From NCBI GenBank assembly GCA_027315185.1, contig DAHUYO010000007.1, forward strand, positions 1,725 through 65,724: a stretch of DNA of 64,000 nucleotides. The letters run 5' to 3'. A model generated the notes under the pieces. It did not search any database and was not told where the DNA came from. It saw nothing but the letters and a program-made list of their open reading frames with translations. Source of the stretch: Acidobacteriota bacterium. Its GTDB lineage: Bacteria; Acidobacteriota; Terriglobia; Terriglobales; SCQP01. The first letter of the stretch is position 1. Every line of letters begins with the position of its first letter. Shown here piece by piece: positions 39,224 to 49,125 of the stretch. A program made the translations under genes and the position numbers.

Positions 39224-39603
39224 CGCATCACCATCACTTCCGTCGCTTTAATCAGCGCCGTTGCCGTCATGCCGTCGATCAGCCCCAGCGCGTCCACGGC
39301 CTCGGTGGTAATCACCGCCTGAATTTTCTGGTCCCCGATCGCCAGGGTTACCGCCGCCAGCAGCCCATCGCGCCGAATTCCCGTGATCACGCCCCGCAGT
39401 TGGTTGCGCCCGCTCACCTGCACCCTCATGCCCGCCGTCTGGCCTCGTTCCGCGCCCCAACGCTCCAGCTCCGCCGGCGCAATGCGGTAATGGCCTCCGG
39501 GCGTTTTCACCGCCCGCAGTTGGCCCCGATAAATCCATTGCTTGACTGCGGGATAGGACACCCCCAACTGGGCTGCCGCCTGCCGTGGCGTCAATAGGTT
39601 CAT
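39220..39603 (-). CDS. Excisionase-type HTH plus TOBE (molybdate-sensing) regulator
   Basis: 'LLTPRQAA..LGVS...KQWI..G.L..KTPGGHYRI' plus Mop/TOBE 'SGRNQLRG...IT...LGL..G...ALIKATEVM'. Confidence 0.9.
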   Translation of the reverse strand: MNLLTPRQAAAQLGVSYPAVKQWIYRGQLRAVKTPGGHYRIAPAELERWGAERGQTAGMRVQVSGRNQLRGVITGIRRDGLLAAVTLAIGDQKIQAVITTEAVDALGLIDGMTATALIKATEVMVMR

Positions 39604-39610
39604 GATGGCT

Positions 39611-39639
39611 AGTTTATGCGTCTATATGCGTTTGTACAT
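39611..39639. promoter_or_regulatory. Promoter/operator of the Mo/W operon
   Basis: Minus-strand -10 TAAACT (39611-39616); direct repeat TATGCGT at 39615 and 39625; TATAT-N7-TACAT at 39623-39639. Confidence 0.55.
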
Positions 39640-39677
39640 CACAAAAACGCTGGAATCGCCTACGGGTCTGGATCAGA

Positions 39678-39724
39678 ATTGACAAATGCTCGCTCATATT
39701 TTCCTTGACAAAGGAACGCTCAAT
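39678..39724 (+). promoter_or_regulatory. Two HAIR-like HspR operators overlapping TTGACA -35 boxes
   Basis: ATTGACA-N7-GCTCATA (39678-39698) and CTTGACA-N7-GCTCAAT (39704-39724) vs consensus CTTGAGT-N7-ACTCAAG; hspR is in the operon. Confidence 0.7.
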
Positions 39725-39762
39725 GAAGCATAAAGGTAGCGTACCCGTCAGGGTGAACTCCT

Positions 39763-41700
39763 ATGAGCAAAATCATCGGCATTGATCTCGGCACCACCAA
39801 CAGCGTTGTGGCGGTGATGGAAAACGGCGAGCCCAAGGTTCTGCCCAACTCCGAAGGCGGGCGCACCACCCCCTCGGTCGTGGCCTTCACCAAGGCCGGA
39901 GAACGCCTCGTCGGCCAAGTCGCCAAGCGCCAAGCCATTACCAATCCGGAGAACACCGTTTACTCCATCAAGCGCTTCATGGGCCGCCGCTACAACGAGG
40001 TCAATGAGGAGATGAAAATGGTCCCCTACAAGGTCGAGCAGGCCGGGGATCACGTCGTGGTCGTCGCCGGCGGCAAGAAATACACCCCGCCCGAGATCAG
40101 CGCCTTCATCCTGCAAAAACTGAAACAAGCCGCCGAGGATTATCTCGGCGAGAAGGTCACCGACGCGGTGATCACCGTTCCCGCTTACTTCAACGACGCC
40201 CAGCGCCAGGCCACGAAGGACGCGGGCAGAATCGCCGGATTGGACGTCAAGCGGATCGTCAATGAGCCGACGGCCGCCGCCTTGGCCTACGGCCTAGACA
40301 AGAAGAAGGACCAGACCATCGCCGTCTATGACTTCGGCGGCGGCACCTTCGACATCTCCATCCTGGAAGTCGGCGAGGGCGTGGTCGAAGTCAAATCCAC
40401 CAACGGCGATACCCACCTCGGCGGCGACAACATTGACCAGCGCCTGGTGGATTGGCTGGTGGATGAGTTCAAAAAGGAAGAAGGCATTGACCTCCGCTCC
40501 CGCGGCAACGAGATGGCCTTGCAGCGCCTCAAGGATGCCGCCGAAAAAGCCAAGATGGAGCTCTCCACGACGGTGGAAACCGAGATCAACCTGCCCTTCA
40601 TCACCGCCGACGCCAACGGACCCAAGCATCTGCTGAAAAAGCTCGGCCGCGCCCAGTTCGAGCGCATGGTGGAGGACATTTTGCAGCGCACCGTCGGCCC
40701 TTGCAAGCAGGCTTTGCAGGACGCCGGCGTCGGCGCCGACAAGATTCATGAAGTCGTCCTGGTCGGCGGCAGCACGCGAATTCCCCGCGTGCAGCAGATC
40801 GTCAAGGATTTGTTCGGCCGGGAACCCAACCGCAGCGTCAACCCCGACGAGGTGGTGGCCGTGGGCGCGGCGGTGCAAGCCGGCGTGCTCGCCGGCGAGG
40901 TCAAGGACCTGCTGCTGCTCGACGTGACCCCGCTCTCCCTGGGCATTGAAACCATGGGCGGCGTGTTCACCAAGCTGATTGACCGCAACACCACCATCCC
41001 GACGCGCAAAAGCGAGATCTTCTCGACCGCCAGCGACAATCAGACCTCGGTCGAGGTGCATGTGCTCCAAGGCGAACGCGCCATGGCGGCGCAGAATCGC
41101 ACCTTGGGCCGCTTCCATCTCGACGGGCTGCCGCCCGCGCCGCGCGGCCTGCCGCAGATCGAAGTGACGTTTGACATTGACGCCAACGGCATGGTCAATG
41201 TCAGCGCGCTGGACAAGGGTACCGGCAAGGAGCAGAAAATCACCATCACCAGCTCCAGCGGCCTGTCCAAGGAAGAGGTCGAGCGCATGACCCAGGACGC
41301 CAAGGCGCACGAGGCCGAGGACAAACAGCAGCGCGACTCGGTGGAGGCCAAAAACCAGCTCGACAGCCTGGTCTATAACTCCGACAAGCTGTTGAAGGAA
41401 AATCGCGAGAAGATTTCCGCCGACGACGCCCGCGCCATTGACGAAGCCTTGGCCGAGGCCCGGCAGGCGTTGGAAAAGAACGACGTCGCGGCCATGACCG
41501 CGGCCCGGGACAAGCTCACCAGCGCCACCCACAAATTGGCCGAGGCCATGTACCGCCAATCGGGTCCGCCTCCGGGCGCGGCCGGGGCCGCGCCCGGCGC
41601 CGATGCGGGCCAGGCCGCGCCGCCTCCGGAAGGCAACGGCCAGGCCAAGGGCGACGTCATTGACGCCGAATACGTGGACGTGGACAACGAGAAGAAATAG
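39763..41700 (+). CDS. dnaK: Chaperone DnaK
   Basis: '[11 protein letters not shown]', '[14 protein letters not shown]', 'DFGGGTFD', 'VGGSTRIP'. Confidence 0.99.
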   Translation: MSKIIGIDLGTTNSVVAVMENGEPKVLPNSEGGRTTPSVVAFTKAGERLVGQVAKRQAITNPENTVYSIKRFMGRRYNEVNEEMKMVPYKVEQAGDHVVVVAGGKKYTPPEISAFILQKLKQAAEDYLGEKVTDAVITVPAYFNDAQRQATKDAGRIAGLDVKRIVNEPTAAALAYGLDKKKDQTIAVYDFGGGTFDISILEVGEGVVEVKSTNGDTHLGGDNIDQRLVDWLVDEFKKEEGIDLRSRGNEMALQRLKDAAEKAKMELSTTVETEINLPFITADANGPKHLLKKLGRAQFERMVEDILQRTVGPCKQALQDAGVGADKIHEVVLVGGSTRIPRVQQIVKDLFGREPNRSVNPDEVVAVGAAVQAGVLAGEVKDLLLLDVTPLSLGIETMGGVFTKLIDRNTTIPTRKSEIFSTASDNQTSVEVHVLQGERAMAAQNRTLGRFHLDGLPPAPRGLPQIEVTFDIDANGMVNVSALDKGTGKEQKITITSSSGLSKEEVERMTQDAKAHEAEDKQQRDSVEAKNQLDSLVYNSDKLLKENREKISADDARAIDEALAEARQALEKNDVAAMTAARDKLTSATHKLAEAMYRQSGPPPGAAGAAPGADAGQAAPPPEGNGQAKGDVIDAEYVDVDNEKK

Positions 41701-41779
41701 CGCTGCCGCGGGCAGCAGCCGGGGATCCGGCGGCGGGCAGGCGCGCGCGCCTGCTTCGCCGCCTGTACACTGAACTCGC

Positions 41780-42955
41780 ATGGCGATCGCCGCCAAAGAC
41801 TATTACGCCGTCCTCGGCGTCAAGCGTGATGCTGGCGCCGAGGAGATCCGTAAGGCCTACCGCCGCCTCGCCCGCAAGCTGCATCCCGACGTCAACCCCA
41901 ACAACAAAGCCGCCGAGGAACGCTTCAAGGACGTGCAGGAAGCCTATGACGTGCTCGGCGACCCCAAGAAGCGCGAGTTCTTCGATCGCGTCGGTTTCTA
42001 TTCCGATCAGGCGTTTCAGCAAGGCGCCGCCGGCTTCGAGCCCCCGCCCAGCCCCGGCGGACAGGGGCGCCGTCCTCCGCCCGGCTTCGATTTTGGCGGT
42101 TTCGATTTCGACCCCGCCGCCGCCGGCGGCGGCCGCCGCGGGGGCGCCAGTTTCCGCGACATCTTCTCTACCCTCTTCCGCGGCCAGGCCGAGGAGCCGG
42201 AAATCGCCGCCAGCGATCTCGAGTTCCAGGCCACCATCGGCTTTTGGGACGCCATCCGTGGCGGTGTGGTCCGCCTGCCCATCACCCGCCAGGACAAGTG
42301 CCCGCAATGCGGCGGCAGCGGCGTCGGCGCCGGCCGTGGAGTCTGCCCGGAATGCGGCGGCAAAGGCCAAGTGACGCAAAGCGCCGGCGGCATGAAGTTC
42401 AATCTCCGCTGCGCCAGTTGCGGCGGCAGCGGCAAGGCCGGCGCCGTCTGTCCGCGCTGCCACGGCGAGGGCCGGGTGCCGGTCAGCGAAACGCTGGAAA
42501 CCCGCATCCGTCCCGGCACGCGCGAAGGCGCCCGCCTGCGCATTCCCGGCAAGGGCAACTGGGGTCCGAACGGCCCCGGCGACTTGTACCTCGTCATCCA
42601 CATCCAGCCGCATCCGCTCTTCCACCGCCGCGGGAACGACATCCATATCCAAGTGCCCGTCACGCTGACCGAAGCCGCCTTGGGCGCCACGATCGCCGTG
42701 CCCACCATTGACGGCCGCGCGCTGTTGAAGCTGCCTGCCGGCACGCAAAACGGCCAGCGCCTGCGCCTGGCCGAGCGCGGCGTGGCCAGCAGCCAGCATG
42801 CCGGCGTCCGCGGCGATCAGTATGTCGAGGTGCAGGTGCAGGTTCCCAAGGTTACCGATGAGCGCGCCCGCGAGTTGCTGCGCGAATTCGAGCGCCTCCA
42901 CCCCGAGGACGTGCGCGCCCAAATTCTCAGCGCCGGCGCCGAGGGGGCGCGATGA
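41780..42955 (+). CDS. dnaJ: Chaperone DnaJ
   Basis: J-domain HPD, G/F region, four CxxCxGxG motifs. Confidence 0.95.
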   Translation: MAIAAKDYYAVLGVKRDAGAEEIRKAYRRLARKLHPDVNPNNKAAEERFKDVQEAYDVLGDPKKREFFDRVGFYSDQAFQQGAAGFEPPPSPGGQGRRPPPGFDFGGFDFDPAAAGGGRRGGASFRDIFSTLFRGQAEEPEIAASDLEFQATIGFWDAIRGGVVRLPITRQDKCPQCGGSGVGAGRGVCPECGGKGQVTQSAGGMKFNLRCASCGGSGKAGAVCPRCHGEGRVPVSETLETRIRPGTREGARLRIPGKGNWGPNGPGDLYLVIHIQPHPLFHRRGNDIHIQVPVTLTEAALGATIAVPTIDGRALLKLPAGTQNGQRLRLAERGVASSQHAGVRGDQYVEVQVQVPKVTDERARELLREFERLHPEDVRAQILSAGAEGAR

Positions 42956-43356
42956 GAAAGCGGGGCCGCGGCGCCTACATGATCTCCGCCGTTGCCGAGC
43001 AGTACGGCGTGCATCCGCAGACCCTCCGCTTGTATGAGCGCGAAGGCTTGCTCAAGCCCTCCCGCACCGAGGGCAACACCCGCCTCTATACCGACGAGGA
43101 TCTCAAGCGCCTGGAGATGATCCTGGTCCTTACCCGCGATATGGGCGTCAACCTCGCTGGGGTCGAAGTGGTGTTGGACCTGCGCCAAAAGATCGAGGCG
43201 TTGCAGGACCACATGCGCCAGCGGGAAGAGGATATGCATCGCCAGATGCAAGCCTTCGTGGATTTCGTCCAGCGCGAAATGCTCACCCGCGCCCCGCAAT
43301 CCGGCCCCAGTGAAGCCCTCATCCCCCTCCGCCGTCCCCTCGCCCGCAAACCCTAA
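42952..43356 (+). CDS. hspR: Heat-shock repressor HspR (MerR family)
   Basis: '[36 protein letters not shown]...GVNLAGV'; follows dnaK-dnaJ. Confidence 0.9.
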   Translation: MRKRGRGAYMISAVAEQYGVHPQTLRLYEREGLLKPSRTEGNTRLYTDEDLKRLEMILVLTRDMGVNLAGVEVVLDLRQKIEALQDHMRQREEDMHRQMQAFVDFVQREMLTRAPQSGPSEALIPLRRPLARKP

Positions 43357-43436
43357 TCCGCCTGGCCGCCGCTCCGCCCTGGCCGCTAGGCCCCGGAGAG
43401 CGCCGGCATTCCGCCGGCGTGCTCCCTCGGCCCGCC

Positions 43437-43624
43437 TCCGGTGAGAGCGCCGCCATCGCGGCGAGTATTCTCCGTGCCGCCACCCCGCCCGCGCCCAAGT
43501 CCGCGAGAGCTTGATCGCCGCCGCCTGTTTCGTCGCGCCGGCGATCGAAGCGGGCGGCGAATGGGTCGCCATTGATGGCGACTACGCCCGCATTCCCGGC
43601 CTGCGCCGGCGCCGGCCATTCTGA
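43437..43624 (+). pseudogene. Decayed VapC (PIN-domain toxin) C-terminal remnant
   Basis: Frame ending TGA 43622-43624 reads 'AQVRESLIAAACFVAPAIEAGGEWVAIDGDYARIPGLRRRRPF', resembling VapC C-termini ('GNLVPDAWFAALAIESGCEW...D.DYARFPGLRW..P'); no start or N-terminus. Confidence 0.55.
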
Positions 43625-43648
43625 ACGGCCCGCCAGTAAAATGGAGCC

Positions 43649-44215
43649 ATGCCGCCTCCCGGGCCATCGGCGCCGCCGGCAAACACCGCGTTGCCGCGGG
43701 CGGAGAAGCGATCCATCCGTATCGCCGCCGCTCCCTATCCCCGCGACGCCGGCATTCTCGAGCAAGTCCAATATCTGTGCGCCATCGGCGGTCCCATTGG
43801 CTTCATTCCCTGGGTTCCGGCCACCTGGGCTTCGCTGGTCACGGCGCTGCTCTGGTGGTGGCATCCCTTGGCGCCGGCCGGTGTTGCCGTCTTTACCGCC
43901 GCCGCGCTGTTGCTGGGCGGCGTCTGTTGTGGCGCCGCCGAGCGCCTGGAGGGCGTGGGCGACCCGCGCAACGTGGTTTGGGATGAAATCACTGGCCAAA
44001 CCCTCACATTTCTCCTGGTCGCGCCCCAGAACGGACTTCTGGCGCTGGCCGGCTTCGCGCTGTTTCGCATCTTCGATATCTTCAAGCCCTTTCCCGCCCG
44101 TCGCCTGGAACACCTTCCCGGCGGCTGGGGAGTCATGCTGGACGATGTAGCCAGCGGCTTGTGGGCCGCCTTGGCGCTCTGGTTGCTGCACGCCGCCCTG
44201 CCGCATGGCTTCTGA
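43649..44215 (+). CDS. pgpA: Phosphatidylglycerophosphatase A
   Basis: 'PATWAS', 'GDPRNVVWDEITG', 'LFRIFDIFKPFP', 'GGWGVMLDD'. Confidence 0.9.
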   Translation: MPPPGPSAPPANTALPRAEKRSIRIAAAPYPRDAGILEQVQYLCAIGGPIGFIPWVPATWASLVTALLWWWHPLAPAGVAVFTAAALLLGGVCCGAAERLEGVGDPRNVVWDEITGQTLTFLLVAPQNGLLALAGFALFRIFDIFKPFPARRLEHLPGGWGVMLDDVASGLWAALALWLLHAALPHGF

Positions 44216-45595
44216 ATGCGAGGTTCCATGCCCGCCCCCGCCCCCGCTTCCCCCGCCCCCGTAGCCCAAGACCGGTCGCGCTGGGATGATCCGTATGGGG
44301 CGGCCAACGACCCGCGCGTGCTCATCATCGGCGCCGGCTTCGCGGGCCTCTACGCCGCTCTGCGCCTGCGCCACGCCCGCGCCCGGGTCACCCTGGTGGA
44401 CCGCCGCAATCACCATCTATTTCAACCCCTGCTTTATCAGGTCGCTACCGCAGGTCTCTCGCCCGGCGACATCGCCTATCCCATCCGCGCCATCCTGCGC
44501 CGCCAAGACAATACCCGCGTGCTGTTGGCCGAGGTCACGCAAGTGGACCTCGACGCCCGTCAGGTCCATCTCCGTGACGGCGTTCTCGACTATGACTACC
44601 TGATCCTGGCGGCGGGCTCCAGCCACAAGTATTTTGGCCATTCCGAGTGGGAACCGCTCGCACCCAGCCTGAAATCATTGGAAGACGCGCTGGAAATTCG
44701 CCGCCGCATCCTCCTCGCTTTCGAACGCGCCGAACGCGAGCCGGACCCCGGCCGCCGCATGATGCTGCTGACCTTCGTGGTCATCGGCGCCGGCCCTACC
44801 GGAGTCGAATTGGCCGGGGCTATTGCCGAAATCGCCCGCGACGTGATGGTTCGCGACTTCCGCCACATTGATCCCCGCGAGGCCCGTGTCATCTTGGTCG
44901 AGGCTGGTCCCCGCATTCTGCCCGCGTTTCCCCCCGATCTCGCCGCCAAAGCCGGCGCCGAACTCCAGGCCAAGGGCGTCGAGATCCGGACCGGCGCCGT
45001 GGTCACCGCCGTCGAGCCGCAACAAGTCTGGATCCGCGGCGCCGCCTCTTCCCCGGATTGCATTCCCACTGCCACCGCTCTCTGGGCCGCCGGCGTGGCC
45101 GCCTCGCCCTTGGGCCGCCAAGTCCATGGCCATCCCGCGCCGGAACTCGACCGCGCCGGCCGGATCGTGGTCCATCCCGATCTGACGTTGCCGGGCCATT
45201 GCGAGGTCTTTGTCATCGGCGACCTGGCCGCCTGCCATGACGCCCGCGGCCGCCTCCTGCCGGGGTTGGCGCCGGTGGCGATGCAGCAAGGCAGGGCCGC
45301 CGCGGACAATATCCGCCGCGCCAGCCTCGGCCGCTCCCTCCGCCCCTTCACCTACCGCGACAAAGGCCAATTGGCCACCATCGGCCGCGGCGCAGCGATC
45401 GCCGAGATCGGCCCCTTGCACTTTTCCGGAGTGCTGGGATGGTGGATCTGGGCCACCGTCCACATCCTCTATCTGATCGGCTTTCGCAACCGCTTCGTCG
45501 TCGCCTTCGAATGGGGCTGGTCCTACCTCAACTTCTCCCGCGGCGCACGCCTCATCACCGGCCGCCTGGAACCCGAGCCCGGCGAACGGCGCTAG
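44216..45595 (+). CDS. ndh: Type II NADH dehydrogenase
   Basis: 'IIGAGFAG', 'HLFQPLLYQVAT', 'IGAGPTGVELAG', 'IGD', 'YRDKGQLATIGR'. Confidence 0.92.
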   Translation: MRGSMPAPAPASPAPVAQDRSRWDDPYGAANDPRVLIIGAGFAGLYAALRLRHARARVTLVDRRNHHLFQPLLYQVATAGLSPGDIAYPIRAILRRQDNTRVLLAEVTQVDLDARQVHLRDGVLDYDYLILAAGSSHKYFGHSEWEPLAPSLKSLEDALEIRRRILLAFERAEREPDPGRRMMLLTFVVIGAGPTGVELAGAIAEIARDVMVRDFRHIDPREARVILVEAGPRILPAFPPDLAAKAGAELQAKGVEIRTGAVVTAVEPQQVWIRGAASSPDCIPTATALWAAGVAASPLGRQVHGHPAPELDRAGRIVVHPDLTLPGHCEVFVIGDLAACHDARGRLLPGLAPVAMQQGRAAADNIRRASLGRSLRPFTYRDKGQLATIGRGAAIAEIGPLHFSGVLGWWIWATVHILYLIGFRNRFVVAFEWGWSYLNFSRGARLITGRLEPEPGERR

Positions 45596-45623
45596 CCGGC
45601 GCGCCGCTGCTATGCTCAAGTTC

Positions 45624-46529
45624 ATGCTGGCCCTCGTGGCGCAAGGCGCGATGCCTAGCGGCCAAGTCCTGCGCGGATTTGGCGGCCAATCGCTGGGCGT
45701 CTGGCTCTGGGCCCACGGGCTGCGGGTGCTGATCATCGCCATCGTCGCGCTCCTGCTGATCTGGATGCTGCGCCTGATGAGCCGCCGTATCGCCACCGTG
45801 GCCGCCGGTTCCGCCGGCCACAACGGCAGCGGCCGCGAGCAGCAGATCCACACCTTGGTCGCGGTGCTGGACGGCGCCTTCACCACCGCCATCGTCATCA
45901 TCGCCCTGTTCCAAATCCTGGAGCAGTTGGGCATTGCCATCGGCCCGCTGCTGGCCGGCGCCGGCGTCGCCGGTTTGGCCATAGGTTTCGGCGCGCAAAC
46001 GCTGGTCAAGGACCTGATCACGGGATTTTTCATCTTGCTGGACGACCAATACCGCGTCGGCGATTCCATCAAAGCCGCCTCCGTCCAGGGCAAGGTCGAG
46101 CGCTTGACGCTCCGCCGCACCGTCCTGCGGGATACCGACGGCACCTTGCATTTCATTCCCAACAGCGCCATTCAGGTGGTCAGCAACCTGACCCGCGACT
46201 GGAATGTCGCCGTGCTGCGCGTCGCCGTGCACTACCGCGAGGATAGCGACCGCGTCATCGCCGCCCTGCGTGCCGCCGGCGATGAGGTCTGCCAGTTGCC
46301 GGCGGTTCACGATCGCGTCCTCGGGGAGGTGGCCGTGCCGGGCATTGACCGCATCAGCGGGGACGAGGTGGATTACCTACTTCAGTTGCGGACCCTCCCC
46401 GGCGCTCAAGCGGATGTCCTCCGCGCCCTCCGTGCCGCCGTCAAGCGCCGCCTTTCTAGTGCGGGAATTGAGGCCTGGTATCCGCAAATCAACCTCCCCA
46501 CCGCCAGCGCCGCCGCCGGCAGCGCCTAG
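45624..46529 (+). CDS. MscS family mechanosensitive channel (YbiO-like)
   Basis: 'LAGAGVAGLAIGFGAQTLVKDLITG', 'YRVGD', 'IPNS'; start moved from 45612 to ATG 45624 because TATGCT 45611-45616 looks like the -10 box. Confidence 0.88.
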   Translation: MLALVAQGAMPSGQVLRGFGGQSLGVWLWAHGLRVLIIAIVALLLIWMLRLMSRRIATVAAGSAGHNGSGREQQIHTLVAVLDGAFTTAIVIIALFQILEQLGIAIGPLLAGAGVAGLAIGFGAQTLVKDLITGFFILLDDQYRVGDSIKAASVQGKVERLTLRRTVLRDTDGTLHFIPNSAIQVVSNLTRDWNVAVLRVAVHYREDSDRVIAALRAAGDEVCQLPAVHDRVLGEVAVPGIDRISGDEVDYLLQLRTLPGAQADVLRALRAAVKRRLSSAGIEAWYPQINLPTASAAAGSA

Positions 46530-46556
46530 CCGCACGGGTCGGCTAAACTAGTAGGG

Positions 46557-47945
46557 ATGTTCGATAGCCTTTCCGATCGCCTCCAGCGCGTTTTCAAGAA
46601 CTTACGCGGCGAAGGCAAGCTCACCGAGGCCAACATGGCCGAGACCCTCGGGGAGATCCGCATCGCATTGCTGGAGGCCGACGTCCACCATCAAATCGTG
46701 GATCAGATGGTCGCGGCGGTGCGGGAAAAGGCTCTGGGACAAGAGGTTATGGCCTCCCTGTCCCCGGCGGAACAGGTCATCAAGATTCTCCGCGATGAGC
46801 TGTTGGCGGTCCTCGGCGGTGGCGACGCCGCCCGCTTCAACGCCAAAAGCTCCCAGCCGCCGGCCATCGTCCTGATGGCAGGCTTGCAGGGTTCCGGCAA
46901 GACCACCACCAGTGCCAAGCTGGCCCTGTTGCTGCGCAAACGGGGCCATCGCCCCATGCTGGTGTCGGTGGATGTCTACCGTCCCGCCGCTCGCGAGCAG
47001 TTGGCCATTCTTGCCAAGGATGTGCAAACGCCCATCTTCGCCGGCGAGGACATCATGGCCGCCGCCGGCGCCAAGGCGGGCAGCGGCGCCGTATGGGCGC
47101 TCGCCAAAGGAGCGCGGCGCGACGCCTACAATGCCGGCTGCGACGTGCTGATCGTGGACACTGCCGGCCGCCTGCACCTGGATGAAGAACTGATGGCGGA
47201 GATGCGCCAGCTCAAAAAGGAACTCGCCCCCGCCGAGATCCTGTTTGTCGCCGACGCCATGACCGGCCAGGACGCCGTCAACTCCGCCGCCGAATTCCAC
47301 CGTCAGCTCAGCATCACCGGCGTGGTCCTGACCAAGATGGACGGCGATACCCGCGGTGGCGCCGCCCTTTCCATCCGCCGCATCACCGGCCAGCCGATCA
47401 AGTTCATGGGCACCAGCGAGCGCCCCGACGGGCTGGAGGTCTTTCATCCCGATCGCATCGTCGGCCGCATTCTCGGCATGGGCGACATCCTCAGCCTGAT
47501 TGAGCGCGCCGAGGAGACCGTGGACCGCCAGAAGATGGCGGAGCTGGACAAGAAGATTCGCGGCGATGGCTTCAGCCTGGCCGATTTCCGCGATCAGTTG
47601 CGCCAGGTCCGCAAAATGGGCCCCCTGGACAGCCTGATGAAAATGATGCCCAAGGTAGGGCCCTTCCAGAATCTGCGCCAGGCGCGGCCGGATGTGGACG
47701 AAAAGGAATTGACCAAGGTCGAGGCCATCATCAACTCGATGACCGAGAAGGAGCGGCTGCATCATCAGCTCATCAACGGCAGCCGCCGCAAGCGCATCGC
47801 GCGCGGCAGCGGCACCTCGGTGCAGGAAGTCAATCAAGTGCTCAAGCAGTACATTCAAATGCGGAAGATGTTCAAATCCGTCGCCGCTTCGCCGTTCATG
47901 GCCAAGCGGTTGATGAACATGAAGCTGCCGCAGGAAAAAGCCTAG
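46557..47945 (+). CDS. ffh: Signal recognition particle protein
   Basis: 'ALLEADV', 'GLQGSGKTT', 'DTAGR', 'TKMDGD', 'RILGMGD', 'RRKRIARGSG'. Confidence 0.98.
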   Translation: MFDSLSDRLQRVFKNLRGEGKLTEANMAETLGEIRIALLEADVHHQIVDQMVAAVREKALGQEVMASLSPAEQVIKILRDELLAVLGGGDAARFNAKSSQPPAIVLMAGLQGSGKTTTSAKLALLLRKRGHRPMLVSVDVYRPAAREQLAILAKDVQTPIFAGEDIMAAAGAKAGSGAVWALAKGARRDAYNAGCDVLIVDTAGRLHLDEELMAEMRQLKKELAPAEILFVADAMTGQDAVNSAAEFHRQLSITGVVLTKMDGDTRGGAALSIRRITGQPIKFMGTSERPDGLEVFHPDRIVGRILGMGDILSLIERAEETVDRQKMAELDKKIRGDGFSLADFRDQLRQVRKMGPLDSLMKMMPKVGPFQNLRQARPDVDEKELTKVEAIINSMTEKERLHHQLINGSRRKRIARGSGTSVQEVNQVLKQYIQMRKMFKSVAASPFMAKRLMNMKLPQEKA

Positions 47946-47953
47946 GAGAACCT

Positions 47954-48268
47954 ATGTTGGCGATTCGTTTGTCCCGGGTGGGGGCGAAAAAGAACCCCCA
48001 TTACCGGCTGGTGGTCTTGGAAAAGAGTGCGGCGCGCGACGGCCGAGCGCTGGAGATTTTGGGACGCTACAATCCTTCCCCCAGTCCGGCGGAAATCGCG
48101 ATCAACCGCGAGCGCGTGGAGTATTGGGTCAGCCGCGGCGCGCAAGTTTCCGCTACCGTCGCGCATTTGCTGCGCCGCCAGGGCGAGCGCGCCGCCGCGG
48201 CCCCGGTGGCGGCAGCCGAGGCTGCTCCCGCCGCGGCCGCGGAACCGGCCGCGCCGGCCGAGGCCTAA
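47954..48268 (+). CDS. rpsP: 30S ribosomal protein S16
   Basis: 'IRL.R.GAKK.P.YR.V....ARDG...E.LG.YNP'. Confidence 0.96.
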   Translation: MLAIRLSRVGAKKNPHYRLVVLEKSAARDGRALEILGRYNPSPSPAEIAINRERVEYWVSRGAQVSATVAHLLRRQGERAAAAPVAAAEAAPAAAAEPAAPAEA

Positions 48269-48271
48269 GCC

Positions 48272-48508
48272 ATGGGCGAACTCATGGCGGCCCTGGCGCG
48301 GATGATCGTCTCCGATCCCTCCGCGGTGCAGGTCGCCGCGGTTCGGGAGGGAGGCACGACCGTACTGGAAATGCGCGTGGCCCCGGACGACGTGGGCCGC
48401 ATCATCGGCCGCCAGGGCCGCACGGTGCGCGCCTTGCGCCAGGTATTGGCCGCGGCCTCGCGCCAGCAACCCGAGCCGCACCAGTTGGAGATCCTGGAAG
48501 AGGATTAG
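48272..48508 (+). CDS. khpA: KH-domain RNA-binding protein
   Basis: 'DVGRIIGRQGRT'; conserved position between rpsP and rimM. Confidence 0.88.
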   Translation: MGELMAALARMIVSDPSAVQVAAVREGGTTVLEMRVAPDDVGRIIGRQGRTVRALRQVLAAASRQQPEPHQLEILEED

Positions 48509-48515
48509 GCGGCCC

Positions 48516-49088
48516 ATGCCGCAGCAGCTGGAACCCGCCGCAACGCAGGGCGATTGGGTCGTGCTGGCCCGCATCGTCAAGCCCCAGGGCCGCCATGGCG
48601 AGATGGCGGCCGAACTGTTCACCGACAGCGTCGAACGCTTCTCCCAACTCCAGCGTGTCGTGTTATTTCCGCTCACGGGCGCCCCGGAGGCATTCCCGCT
48701 TGAGCGTGCCTGGCCGCATCAGGGGCGCGTGGTGCTGGCGCTGGCCGGCATCCGCGACATGGACGCGGCGCGCCGCTGGGTGGGCGCGGAGGTCCGGATT
48801 CCTCGCGCCGAGCGCATCGTTCCCGCTCCCGGTCGGTATTTCATCAGCGATTTGCGGGGCTGCGCCGTCTACGATCATGGCCGCGCCCTAGGCGAGGTCA
48901 GCGGATGGACGGAGTTGCCGGGTGCGGCGCCCCTGTTGGAAGTCGCCGGTCCGGACGGCGAAATCCTGATCCCCTTCGCCGCCGCCTATCTCCGCCGGGT
49001 GGACCTCACCGCCCGCCGCATTGATATGGACCTGCCCGCCGGCATGGCGGAGGTGAACCAGCCCGATCCTCCGGCGGCCGGGGAATAG
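48516..49088 (+). CDS. rimM: 16S rRNA processing protein RimM
   Basis: 'KPQGRHGE', 'YFISDLRG', 'LIPF'. Confidence 0.92.
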   Translation: MPQQLEPAATQGDWVVLARIVKPQGRHGEMAAELFTDSVERFSQLQRVVLFPLTGAPEAFPLERAWPHQGRVVLALAGIRDMDAARRWVGAEVRIPRAERIVPAPGRYFISDLRGCAVYDHGRALGEVSGWTELPGAAPLLEVAGPDGEILIPFAAAYLRRVDLTARRIDMDLPAGMAEVNQPDPPAAGE

Positions 49089-49125
49089 ATTTCGACCGCC
49101 GTCAGCCCATCAGAAAGCCAGCCGC

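Noticed and set aside
40294-41796. Long antisense ORFs (e.g. 500 aa opposite dnaK; similar ones opposite pckA, rarA, ubiD, ffh, paaK)
   Set aside because: Shadow frames expected from high-GC codon bias; no motifs or start signals
43393-43455. GAGAGCGCC repeated twice, reminiscent of a glycine riboswitch
   Set aside because: Lacks the other conserved elements (GCCGAAG, CTCTCAGG) and is not upstream of glycine genes
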